Shown: positions 14,003-28,769 of the stretch, piece by piece | Numbering within the stretch: position 1 is the stretch's first letter | Layout of the letters: every line of letters begins with the position of its first letter | Source: Eledone cirrhosa | Lineage: Eukaryota | Direction of reading: 5' to 3' | DNA: 64,000 bases | NCBI GenBank assembly: GCA_964016885.1 | Contig: OZ024748.1 | Span: 36,704,001-36,768,000 of the forward strand | Position numbers and translations under genes: made by a program | The notes under the pieces: generated by a model | The model's input: only the letters and a program-made list of their open reading frames with translations | Told to the model about the DNA's origin: nothing | Databases searched by the model: none

Positions 14003-16640
14003 AGACCATTCTGTTACTATACCCTGCCTCACAACACATTAGGTCATCCTGTAACTATACCCTGTCTCACAACACATTAGGCCATCCTGTAACTATACCC
14101 TGTCTCACAACACATTAGACCACCCTGTAACTATACCCTGCCTCACAACACATTATACCATCCTGTAACTATACCCTGCCTCACAACACATTAGACCATT
14201 CTGTAACTATATCCTACCTCACAACACATTAGACCATCTTGTAACTATACCCTGCCTCACAACACATTAGACCATTCTGTAAATATAATCTGCCTCACAA
14301 AACATTAGACGATTCTGTAACTATACCCTGCCTTACAACACATTAGATCATCCTGTAACTATACCCTGCCACACAACACATTAGACCATCCTGTAACGAT
14401 ATCCTACCTCACAACACATTAGACCATTCTGTAACTAGACCCTGCCTCACAACACATTAGAGCATTCTGTAACTATACCCTGCCTCACAACACATTAGAG
14501 CATTCTGTAACTTTACCCTGCCTCACAACACATTACATCATCCTGTAGCTATACCCTGCCACACAACACATTAGACCATCCTGTAACTATACCCTGTCTC
14601 ACAACATATTAGACCATTCTGTAACTCTATCCTGCCTCATAACACATTAGACCATCCTGTAACTATACCCTGCCTCACAAAACATTAGACCATTCTGTAA
14701 CTATACCTTGCCTCACAACATATTAGATCATCCTGTAACTATACCCTGACTCACAACACATTAGACTATTCTGTAAATATACCCTACCTCCAACACATTA
14801 GACCATCCTGTAACTATATCCTACCTCACAACACATTATACCATCTTGTAACTATACCCTGCCTCACAACACATTAGACCATTCTGTAACTATACCCTGC
14901 CTCACAACATATTACACCATCCTGTAACTATACGCTGCCTCACAACACATTAAACCATTCTGTAACTATACCCTGCCTCACAAAACATTATACCATCTTA
15001 TAACTATACCCTTCCTCACAACACATTAGACTGTCCTGTAACTATATCCTACACCACAACACATTAGACCATGCTGTAACTATACCCTGCCTCACAATAC
15101 ATTAGAGCATTCTGTAACTATACCCTGCCTCACAACACATTAGACAATTCTGTAACTATACCCTGCCTCAGAACACATTACACCATTCTGTAACTATATC
15201 CTTCCTCACAACACAGACCATTCTGTAACTATACCCTGCCTAACAACACATTAGACCATCCTGTAACTCTGCCCAGTCTCACAACACATTAGACCATCCT
15301 GTAACTATACCCTGCCTCACAACACATTAGACCATCCTGTAACTAAACACTGCCTCACAACACATTAGATCATTCTGTAACTACACCCTGCCTCACAACA
15401 CATTAGACCATCCTGTACCTATAGCCTGACTCATAACACATTAGACCATCCTGTAACTATATGCTACCCCACAACACATTAGTCCATCCTGTAACTATAC
15501 CCTGCCTCCCAACACATTAGACCATCCTGTAACTATATCCTACCGCACAACACATTAGACCATCCTGTAACTATACCCTGCCTCACAACACATTAGACCA
15601 TTCTGTAATTATACTCTGCCTCACAACACATTAGACCATTCTGTAACCATACTCTGCCTCAGAACACATTAGACCATTCTGTAACTTTACTCTGCCTCAC
15701 AACACGTTAGACCATTCTGTTACAATATACCCTGCCTTACAACACATTAGATCATCCTGTAACTATACACTGCCACACAACACATTAGATCATCCTGTAA
15801 CTATATCCTGCCTCCCAACACTTTTGACCATCATGTAACTATACCCTGCCTCACAACACATTAGACCATTTTGTAACTATACCCTGCCTCACAACACATT
15901 AGACCATTCTGTTACTATACCCTGCCTCACAACACATTAGGCCATCCTGTAACTATAACCTGTCTCACAACACATTAGGCCATCCTGTAACTATACCCTG
16001 TCTCACAACACATTACACCACCCTGTAACTATACCCTGCCTCACAACACATTATACCATCCTGTAACTATACCCTGCCTCAGAACACATTAGACCATTCT
16101 GTAACTATATCCTGCCTCACAACACATTAGACCATCTTGTAACTATACCCTGACTCACAACACATTAGACCATTCTGTAAATATAATCTGCCTCACAAAA
16201 CATTAGACGATTCTGTAACTATACACTGCCTTACAACACATTAGATCATCCTGTAACTATACCCTGCCACACAACACATTAGACCATCCTGTAACTATAT
16301 CCTACCTCACAATACATTAGACCATTCTGTAACTAGACCCTGCCTCACAACACATTAGAGCATTCTGTAACTATACCCTGCCTCACAACACATTAGACCA
16401 TTCTGTAACTTTACCCTGCCTCACAACACATTAGATCATCCTGTAGCTATACCCTGCCACACAACACATTAGACCATCCTGTAACTATACCCTGTCTCAC
16501 AACATATTAGACCATTCTGTAACTCTATCCTGCCTCATAACACATTAGACCATCCTGTAACTATACCCTGCCTCACAAAACATTAGACCATTCTGTAACT
16601 ATACCTTGCCTCACAACATATTAGATCATCCTGTAACTAT
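14003..16640. repeat. Diverged duplicated block, about 14000-14740 and about 15900-16640 (offset about 1,898 bp)
   Basis: Shared ordered markers: GTTACTATA…AGGCCATCC…AAATATAATCTG…GACGATTC…AACTAGACCC…GTAGCTATA…AACTCTATCC. Confidence 0.75.
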
Positions 16641-19600
16641 ATCCTACCTCACAACACATTATACCATCTTGTAACTATACCCTGCCTCACAACACATTAG
16701 CCCATCCTGTAACTTTACCCTGCCTCACAACACATCAGACCATCCTGTGACTATATCCTATCCCACAACACAGACCATTCTGTAACTATACCTTGCCTCA
16801 CAACATATTAGATAATCCTTTAACTATACCATGACTCACAACACATTAGACCATTGTGTAAATATACCCTGCCTCACAACACATTAGACCATCCTGTAAC
16901 TATATCCTATCCCACAACACGTTAGACCATTCTGTAACTATACCTTGCCACACAACACATTAGATAATCCTGTAACTATACCCTGCCTCACAACACATTA
17001 GACCATTCTGTAAATATACCCTGCCTCACAACACATTAGACCATTCTGTAACTATACCCTCTCTCACAACACATTAGATCATCCTGTAAATATATCCTAC
17101 CCCAAAACACATTAGACCATTCTGTAACTATACCTTGTCTCACAACACATTAGATCACCCTGTAACTATACCCTGCCTCACAACACATTAGACCATTCTA
17201 TAAATATACCCTGCCTCACAACACATTAGACCATTCTGTAACAATACCCTGCCTCACAACACATTAGAACATCCTGTAACTATACCCTGCCACACAACAC
17301 ATTAGACCATCCTGTAACTATACCCTAACTCAGAACACATTACACCGTCCTGTTACTATACGCTGCCTCACAACACATTAGACCAATCTGTAAATATACC
17401 CTGCCTCACAACACATTAGACCATCCTACAACTATACCCTGCCTCTCAACACATTACACCATCCTGTAACTATACGCTGCCTAACGCATTAGACCATTCT
17501 GTAACTATAACCTGCCTCACAACACATTAGACCATTCTGTAAATATACCCTGCCTCACAACACATTAGATCATCCTGTAACTATACCCTGCCTCACAACA
17601 CATTAGATCATCCTGTAACTATACCCTGCCTCACAACACATTAGACCATTCTGTAACTATACCCTGCCTCACAACACATTAAACCATCCTGTAACTATAC
17701 CCTGCCTCACAACACATTAGACCATTCTGTAACTATACCCTGCCTCACAACACATTAGACCATCTTGTAACTATACCCTGCCTCACAACACATTAGACCA
17801 TTCTGTAAATATAATCTGCCTCACAAAACATTAGACCATTCTGTAACTACACCCTGCCTTACAACTCATTAGATCATCCTGTAACTATACCCTGCCTCAC
17901 AACACATTAGACCATCTTGTAACTATATCCTACCTCACAACACATTAGACCATCCTGTAACTATACCCTGCCTCACAATACATTACACCATCCTGTACCT
18001 ATAGCCTGACACACAAGACTTTAGAGCATCATGTAACTATATCCTACCTCACAACACATTAGAGCATCCTGTAACTATATCCTACCTCACAACACATTAG
18101 ACCATCCTGTAACTATACCCTGCCACCCAACACAGTGGATCATCCTGTAACTATATATTACCTAACAACACATTAGACCATCCTGTAACTATACCCTGCC
18201 TCACAACACATTAGACCATTCTGTAAATATACCCTGCCTCATAACACATTAGACCATTCTGTAACTATACCCCGCCTCACAACACATTAGACCATTATGT
18301 TACTATACCCTGCCACACAACACATTAGACCATCCTGTAACTATACCCTGTCTCACAACACATTAGACCATCCTGTAACTATACCCTGCCTCACCACACA
18401 TTAGACCATTCTGTAACTATACCCTGCCTCACAACACATTAGCCCATCCTGTAACTTTACCCTGCCTCACAACACATCAGACCATCTGTGACTATATCCT
18501 ATCCCACAACACAGACCATTCTGTAACTATACCTTGCCTCACAACATATTAGATAATCCTTTAACTATACCCTGGCTCACAACACATTAGACCATTCTGT
18601 AAATATACCCTGACTCACAACACATTAGACCATCCTGTAACTATATCCTATCCCACAACACGTTAGACCATTCTGTAACTATACCTTGCCTCACAACACA
18701 TTAGATAATCCTGTAACTATACCCTGCCTCACAACACATTAGACCATTCTGTAAATATACCCTGCCTCACAACACATTAGACCATTCTGTAACTATACCC
18801 TGCCTCACAACACATTAGATCATCCTGTAAATATATCCTACCCCAAAACACATTAGACCATTCTGTAACTATACCTTGCCTCACAACACATTAGATCACC
18901 CTGTAACTATAACCTGCCTCACAACACATTAGACCATTATGTAAATATATCCTGCCTGACAACACATTAGACCATTCTGTAACAATACCCTGCCTCACAA
19001 CACATTAGATCATCCTGTAACTATACCCTGCCACACAACACGTTAGACCATCCTGTAACTATACGCTGCCTCAGAACACATTACACCGTCCTGTAACTAT
19101 ACGCTGCCTCACAACACATTAGACCATTCTGTAAGTATACCCTGCATCACAACACGTTAGACCATCCTCTAACTATACCCTGCCTCACAACACATTACAT
19201 TATCCTGTAACTATATCCTACCCCACAACACATTAGACCATTCTGTAAGTATACCTTGCCTCACAACACAGTAGATCATCCTGTAACTAAACCCTGCATC
19301 ACAACACATTAGACCATCATGTAACTATATCCTACCCCACGAAACCTTAGACCATTCTGTAACTATACCTTGCCTCACAACATATTAGATCATCCTGTAA
19401 CTATACCCTGACTCACAACACATTAGACTATTCTGTAAATATACCCTGCCTCACAACACAGACCATCCTGTAACTTTATCCTACCCCACAACACGTTAGA
19501 CCATTCTGTAACTATACCTTGCCTCACAACACATTAGATCATCCTGTAACCATACCCTGCTTCACAACACATTAGACCATTCTGTAAATATACCCTGCCT

Positions 19601-22139
19601 CACAACACATTAGACCATTCTGTAAATATACCCTGCCTCACAACACATCAGACCATTCTGTAACTATACCCTGCCTCACAACACATTAGATCACCCAGTA
19701 ACTATACCCTGCCTCACAACACATTAGACCATTCTGTAAATATACCCTGCCTCACAACAGATTAGACCATTCTGTAACAATACCCTGCCTCACAACACAT
19801 TAGATCATCCTGTAACTATACCCTACCTCAGAACACATTAGACCATCCTGTAACTATACGCTGCCTCACAACACATTAGACAATTCTGTAACTATACCCT
19901 GCTTCACAACACATTAGACTATCCTGTAACTATATCCTACCCCATAACACATTAGACCATCCTGTAACTATATCCTACCCCACAACACATTAGACCATTC
20001 TGTAACTATACCCTGCCTCACAACACATTACTATCCTGTAACTATATCCTACCCCATAACACATTATACCATCCTGTAACTATATCCTACCCCACAACAC
20101 ATTAGACTATCCTGTAACTATACCCTGCCTCACAACACATTAGACCATCCTGTAACTATATCCTACCCCACAACACAGACGATTATGTCACTATACCTTG
20201 CCTCACAACACATTAGATCATCCTGTAAATATACCCTGCCTCACAACACATTAGACCATTCCGTAAATATAACCTGCCTTACAACCCATTAGACCATTAT
20301 GTAACTATACCCTGCCGCACAACACATTAGACCATTCTGTAACTATACCCTGCCTCACAACACATTAGACCATCCTGTAACTATAACCTGCCTCACAACA
20401 CATTAGACCATCCTGTAACTATATCCTACCCCACAACACAGACCATTATGTAACTATACCTTGCCTCACAACACATTAGATCATCCTGTAACTATACCCT
20501 GCCTCACAACACATTAGACCATTCTGTAACTATACCCTGCCTCACAACACATTAGACCCTCCTGTAACTATACCCTGCCTCACAACTCATTAGACCATCA
20601 TGTAACTATATCCTACCCTACAAAACTTTAGACTATCCTGTAACTATACCCTGCCTCACAACACATTAGACCAACCTGTAACTATATCCTACCCCACAAC
20701 ACATTAGACCATCCTGTAACTATACACTGCCTCACAACACATTAGACCATTATGTGACTATACCCTGCTTCACAACACATTAGACCATCCTGTAATTATA
20801 TCCTACCCACAACACAATAGACCATTCTGTAAAGATACCCTGCCTCACAACACATTACATCATTCTGTAACTATACACTGCCATACAAAACATTAGATCA
20901 TCCTGTAACTATATCCTACCCCACAACACATTAGATCATCCTGTAACTATACCCTGCCTCGCAACACATTAGACCATGCTGTAAAGATACCCTGCCTCAC
21001 AACACATTAGACCATTCTATAACTATATCCTACGCCATAACACATTAGAGCATCCTGTAACTATATCCTACCCCACAACACATTAGACTATCCTGTAACT
21101 ATATCCTACGCCATAACACATTAGAGCATCCTGTAACTATATCCTACCCCACAACATATTACACCATTATGTACTATACCTTGACTCACAACACATTAGA
21201 TCATCCTGTAACTATACCCTGCCTCACAACACATTAGGCCATTCTGTAAATATACCCTGCCTCACAACACATTAGACTATCCTGTAACTATATCCTACCC
21301 CATAACACATTAGACTATCCTGTAACTATATCCTACCCCACAACACATTAGACTATCCTGTAACTATACCCTGCCTCACAACACATTAGACCATCCTGTA
21401 ACTATATCCTTCCCCACAACACAGACCATTATGTCACGTAACCTTGCCTCACAACACATTAGATCATCCTGTAACTATACCCTGCCTCACAACACATTAG
21501 ACCATTCTGTAAATATACCCTGCCTCACAACACATTAGACCATTATGTAACTATACCCTGCCGCACAACACATTAGACCATTCTGTAACTATACCCTGCC
21601 TCACAACACATTAGACCATCCTGTAACTATACCCTGCCTCACAACACAATAGACCACCCTGTAACTATATCCTACCCCACAACACAGACCATTATGTAAC
21701 TATACCTTGCCTCACAACACATTAGATCATCCTGTAACTATATCCTACCCCACAACACATTAGACCATTCTGTAACTAGGCCTTCCCTCACAACACATTA
21801 GATCATCCTGTAACTAAACCCTGCCTCACAACACATTAGACCATTCTGTAACTATACCCTGCCTCACAACACATTAGTATATCCTGTAACTATATCCTAC
21901 CCCACAACACTTTAGACCATCCTGTAACTATACCCTGCCTCACAACACATTAGACCATACTGTAAATATACCCTGTCTCACAACACATTAGACAATGCTG
22001 TAACTTTATCCTACCCCATAACATATTAGACCATCCTTTAACTATATACTACCCCACAACACATTAGACCATCCTGTAACTATACCCTGCCTCAAAACAC
22101 ATTATACCATCCTGTAACTATACCCTGCCTCACAACGCA

Positions 22140-25100
22140 TTAGAGCATTCTGTAAATATACCCTGACTCACAACAGATTAGACCATTCTGTAACAATAAC
22201 CTGCCTCACAACACATTAGATCATCCTGTAACTATACCCTGCCACACAACACATTAGACCATCCAGTAACTATACCCTACCTCAGAACACATTAGACCAT
22301 CCTGTAACTATACGCTGCCTCACAACACTTTAGACCATTCTGTAACTATACCCTGCGTCACAACACATTAGACTATCCTGTAACTATATCCTACCCCATA
22401 ACACATTAGACCATCCTGTAACTATAACACTGCCTCACAACACATTAGACCATTCTGTAACTATACCCTGCCTCAAAACACATTAGACCATCCTGTAACT
22501 ATATAAAACCCCACAACACATTAGACCATTATGTCACTATACCCTGCCTCACGACACATTAGACCATTCTGTAAATATACCCTGCCTCACAACACATTAG
22601 ACTATCCTGTAACTATATCCTACCCCATAACACATTAGACCATCCTGTAACTATATCCTACCCCACAACACATTAGACTATCCTGTAACTATACCCTGCC
22701 TCACAACATATTAGACCATCCTGTAACTATATCCTACCCCACAACACAGACCATTATGTAACTATACCTTGCCTCACAACACATTAGACCATCCTGTAAT
22801 TATATCCTACCCCACAACACTTTAGACCATCCTGTAACTATACCCTGCCTCACAACACATTAGACCAACCTGTAAATATATCCTACCCCACAACACATTA
22901 GACCATCCTGTAACTATACCCTGCCTCACAACACATTAGACCATTATGTGACTATACCCTGCTTCACAACACATTAGACCATCCTGTAATTATATCCTAC
23001 CCCACAACACATTAGACCATTCTGTAACTATACCTTGCCTCACAACACATTAGACCATTCTGTAAATATACCCTGCCTCACAACACATTAGACCATTCTG
23101 TAACTATACCCTGCCTCACAACACATTAGACCATTCTGAAAAGATACCCTGCCTCACAACACATTACACCATTCTGTAACTATACACTGCCATACAAAAC
23201 ATTAGATCATCCTGTAACTATATCCTACCCCACAACACATTAGATCATCCTGTAACTATATCCTACCCCACAACACATTAGACCATTCTGTAACTATACC
23301 TTGCCTCACAACACATTAGACGATTCTGTAAAGATACCCTGCCTCACAACACATTAGACCATTCTGTAACTATACCCTGCCCCACAAAACATTAGATCAT
23401 CCTGTAACTATATACTACCCCACAACACATTAGACCATTCTGTAACTAGACCTTCCCTCACAACACATTAGATCATCCTGTAACTATACCCTTTCTCACA
23501 ACACATTAGACCATTCTGTAACTATACCCTGCCTCACAACACATTAGTATATCCTGTAACTATATCCTACCCCACAACACTTTAGACCATCCTGTAACTA
23601 TACCCTGCCTCACAACACATTAGACCATACTGTAAATATACCCTGTCTCACAACACATTAGACAATGCTGTAACTTTATCCTACCCCATAACATATTAGA
23701 CCATCCTTTAACTATATCCTACCCCACAACACATTAGACCATCCTGTAACTATACCCTGCCTCAAAACACATTAGACCATCCTGTAACTATACCATGCCT
23801 CACAACACATTAGACCATCCTGTAACTATATCCTACCCCACAACACAGACCATTATGTATCTATACCTTGCCTCACAACACATTAGATCATCCTGTAACT
23901 ATACCCTGCCTCACAACACATTAGACCATTCTGTAACTATACCCTGCCTCACAACACATTAGACCATCCTGTAACTATACCCTGCCGCACAAAACATTAG
24001 ACCATTCTGTAACTATACCCTGCCTCACAACACATTAGACCATCCTGTAACTATACCCTGCCTCACAACACATTAGACCATCCTGTAACTATATCCTACC
24101 CCACAACACTTTAGACCATCCTGTAACTATACCCTGCCACACAACACATTAGACCATCCTGTAACTATACCCTGCCTCAGAACACATTACACCATCCTGT
24201 AACTATACGCTGCCTCACAACACATTAGACCATTCTGTAACTATACCCTGCCTCACAACACATTAGCCCATCCTGTAACGTTACCCTGCCTCACACCACA
24301 TCAGACCATCCTGTGACTATATCCTACACCACAACACAGACCATTCTGTAAATATACCTTGCCTCACAACATATTAGATAATCCTGTAACTATTCCCTGA
24401 CTCACAACACATTAGACCATTCTGTAAATATACCCTGCCTCACAACACATTAGATCACCCTGTAACTATACCCTGCCTCACAACACATTAGAGCATTCTG
24501 TAAATATACCCTGACTCACAACAGATTAGACCATTCTGTAACAATAACCTGCCTCACAACACATTAGATCATCCTGTAACTATACCCTGCCACACAACAC
24601 ATTAGACTATCCTGTAACTATATCCTACCCCATAACACATTAGACCATCCTGTAACTATAACACTGCCTCACAACACATTAGACCATTCTGTAACTATAC
24701 CCTGCCTCAAAACACATTAGACCATCCTGTAACTATATACAACCCCACAACACATTAGACCATTATGTCACTATACCCTGCCTCACGACACATTAGACCA
24801 TTCTGTAAATATACCCTGCCTCACAACACATTAGACTATCCTGTAACTATATCCTACCCCATAACACATTAGACCATCCTGTAACTATATCCTACCCCAC
24901 AACACATTAGACTATCCTGTAACTATACCCTGCCTCACAACACATTAGACCATCCTGTAACTATATCCTACCCCACAACACAGACCATTATGTAACTATA
25001 CCTTGCCTCACAACACATTAGATCATCCTGTAACTATACCCTGCCTCACAACTCATTAGACCATCCTGTAACTATATCCTACCCCACAACACTTTAGACC

Positions 25101-26400
25101 ATCCTGTAACTATACCCTGCCTCACAACACATTAGACCAACCTGTAAATATATCCTACCCCACAACACATTAGACCATCCTGTAACTATACCCTGCCTCA
25201 CAACACATTAGACCATTATGTGACTATACCCTGCTTCACAACACATTAGACCATCCTGTAATTATATCCTACCCCACAACACATTAGGCCATTCTGTAAC
25301 GATACCTTGCCTCACAACATATTAGACCATTCTGTAAATATACCCTGCCTCACAACACATTAGACCATTCTGTAACTATACCCTGCCTCACAACACATTA
25401 GACCATTCTGTAAAGATACCCTGCCTCACAACACATTACACCATTCTGTAACTATACACTGCCATACAAAACATTATATCATCCTGTAACTATATCCTAC
25501 CCCACAACACATTAGATCATCCTGTAACTATATCCTACCCCACAACACATTAGACCATTCTGTAACTAGACCTTCCCTCACAACACATTAGATCATCCTG
25601 TAACTATACCCTGCCTCACAACACATTAGACCATTCTGTAACTATACCCTGCCTCACAACACATTAGAATATCCTGTAACTATATCCTACACCACAACAC
25701 TTTAGACCATCCTGTAACTATACCCTGACTCACAACACATTAGACCATTCTGTAAATATACCCTGTCTCACAACACATTAGACTATGCTGTAACTTTATC
25801 CTACCCCATAACATATTAGACCATCCTTTAACTATATCCTACCCCACAACACATTAGACCATCCTGTAACTATACCCTGCCTCAAAACACATTAGACCAT
25901 CCTGTAACTATACCCTGCCTCACAACACATTAGACCATCCTGTAACTATATCCTACCCCACAACACAGACCATTATGTATCTATACCTTGCCTCACAACA
26001 CATTAGATCATCCTGTAACTATACCCTGCCTCACAACACATTAGACCATTCTGTAAATATACCCTGCCTCACAACACATTAGACCATCCTGTAACTATAC
26101 CCTGCCGCACAACACATTAGACCATTCTGTAACTATACCCTGCCTCACAACACATTAGACCATCCTGTAACTATACCCTGCCACACAACACATTAGACCA
26201 TCCTGTAACTATACCCTGCCTCAGAACACATTACACCATCCTGTAACTATACGCTGCCTCACAACACATTAGACCATTCTGTAACTATACCCTGCCTCAC
26301 AAAACAGCCCATCCTGTAACGTTACTCTGCCTCACAACACATCAGACCATCATGTCACTATATCCTACCCCACAACACAGACCAATCTGTAAATATACCT
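22140..26400. repeat. Imperfect duplication of about 2.0-2.35 kb (about 22140-24450 and about 24490-26400)
   Basis: AGAGCATTCTGTAAATATACCCTGACTCACAACAGATT at 22142 and 24490; CACGACAC at about 22550 and 24784; GTATCTATACCTTG and GCCCATCCTGTAACGTTAC occur in both copies. Offsets drift by whole monomers. Confidence 0.7.
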
Positions 26401-28769
26401 TACCTCACAACATATTAGATAATCCTGTAACTATACCCTGACTCACAACACATTAGTCCATTCTGTAAATATACCCTGCCTCACAACACATTAGACCATT
26501 CTGTAACTATATCCTACCCCACAACACATTAGACCTTCTGTAACTATACCTTGCCTCACAACACATTAGATCATCCTGTAACTATACCCTGCCTCACAAC
26601 ACATTAGACCATTCTGTAAATATACCCTGCCTCACAACACATTAGACCATTCTGTAACTATACCCTGCCTCACAACACATTAGTTCATCCTGTAACTATA
26701 TCCTACCCCAAAACACATTAGACCATTCTGTAACTATACCTTGCCTCAGAACAAATTAGATCACCCTGTAACTATACCCTGCATCACAACACATTAGACC
26801 ATTCTGTAAATATACCCTGCCTCACAACACATTAGACCATTCTGTAACAATACCCTGCCTCACAACACATTAGACCGTTCTGTAACAATACCCTGCCTCA
26901 CAACACATTAGATCATCCTGTAACTATACCCTGCCACACAACACATTAGACCATTCTGTAACTATATCTTAACTCACAACACATTAGATCATCCTGTAAC
27001 TATACCTGCCACACAACACATTAGACCATCCTGTAACTATATCCTACACAACAACACATTAGACCATTCTGTAACTATACCTTGCCTCACAACATATTAG
27101 ATCATCCTGTAACTATACCCTGACTCACAACACATTAGACTATTCTGTAAATACACCCTGCCTCACAACACATTAGACCATCCTGTAACTATATCCTAGC
27201 CCACAACACATTAGACCATTCTGTAACTATACCTTGCCTCACAACACATTAGATCATCCTGTAACTATACCCTGCCTCACAACACATTAGACTATTCTGT
27301 AAATATACCCTGCCTCACAACACATTAGATCGTCCTGTAACTATATCCTAAACCACAACACATTAGACCATTCTGTAAATATACCCTGCCTCACAACTCA
27401 TTAGACCATCCTACGACTATACCCTGCCTCTCAACACATTACACCATCCTGTAACTATACGCTGCCTAACGCATTAGACCATTCTGTAACTATACCCTTC
27501 CTCACAACACATACCATTCTGTAACTATACCCTTCTTAACAACACATTAGACCATTCTGTAACTATAACCTGCCTCACAACACATTAGACCATTCTGTAA
27601 ATATACCCTGCCTCACAACACATTAGATCATCCTGTAACTATACCCTGCCTCACAACACATTAGATCATCCTGTAACTATACCCTGCCTCACAACACATT
27701 AGACCATTCTGTAACTATACCCTGCCTCACAAAACATTAGACCATTCTGTAAATATACCCTGCCTCACAACACTTTAGACCATTGTGTAACTATACCCTG
27801 CCTCATAACACATTAGACCATCCTGTAACTATACCCTACCCCACAAAACATTAGACCATCCTGTACCTATAGCCTGACTCACAACACATTAGAGCATCCT
27901 GTAACTATATCCTACCTCACAACACATTAGACCATCCTGTAACTATACCCTGCCACCCAACACATTAGACCATCCTGTAACTATAGCCTGCTTCACAACA
28001 CATTAGACCATTCTGGAAATATACCCTGCCTCACAACACATTAGACCATTCTGTAACTATACCCTGCCTCACAACACATTAGACCATTCTGTAACTATAC
28101 CCTGCCTCACAACACATTAGACCATTCTCTAAATATACCCTGCCTCACAACACTTTAGACCATTGTGTAACTATACCCTGCCTCATAACACATTAGACCA
28201 TCCTGTAACTATAACCTACCCCACAAAACATTAGACCATCCTGTAACTATATCCTATCCCACAACACATTAGACCATCCTGTAACTATACCCTGCTTCAC
28301 AACACATTAGACCATCCTGTAACTATATCCTACCCCACAAAACATTAGACCATTCTATAACTATAACTTGCCTCACAACATATTAGATCATCCTGTAATT
28401 ATACCCTGACTCACAACACATTAGACCATTCTGTAACTATACCTTGTCTCACAACATATTAGATAATCCTTTACCTATACACTGACTCACAACACATTAG
28501 ACCATTCTGTAAATATACCCTGCCTCACAACACATTAGACCATCCTGTAACTATATCCTATCCCACAACACGTTAGACCATTCTGTAACTATATCTTGCC
28601 TCACAAAACATTAGATCATCCTGTAACTATACCCTGCCTCACAACACATTAGACCATTCTGTAAATATACCATGCCTCACAACACATTAGACCATTCTGT
28701 AACAATACCCTGCCTCACAACACATTAGAACATCCTGTAACTATACCCTGCCACACAACACATTAGACC

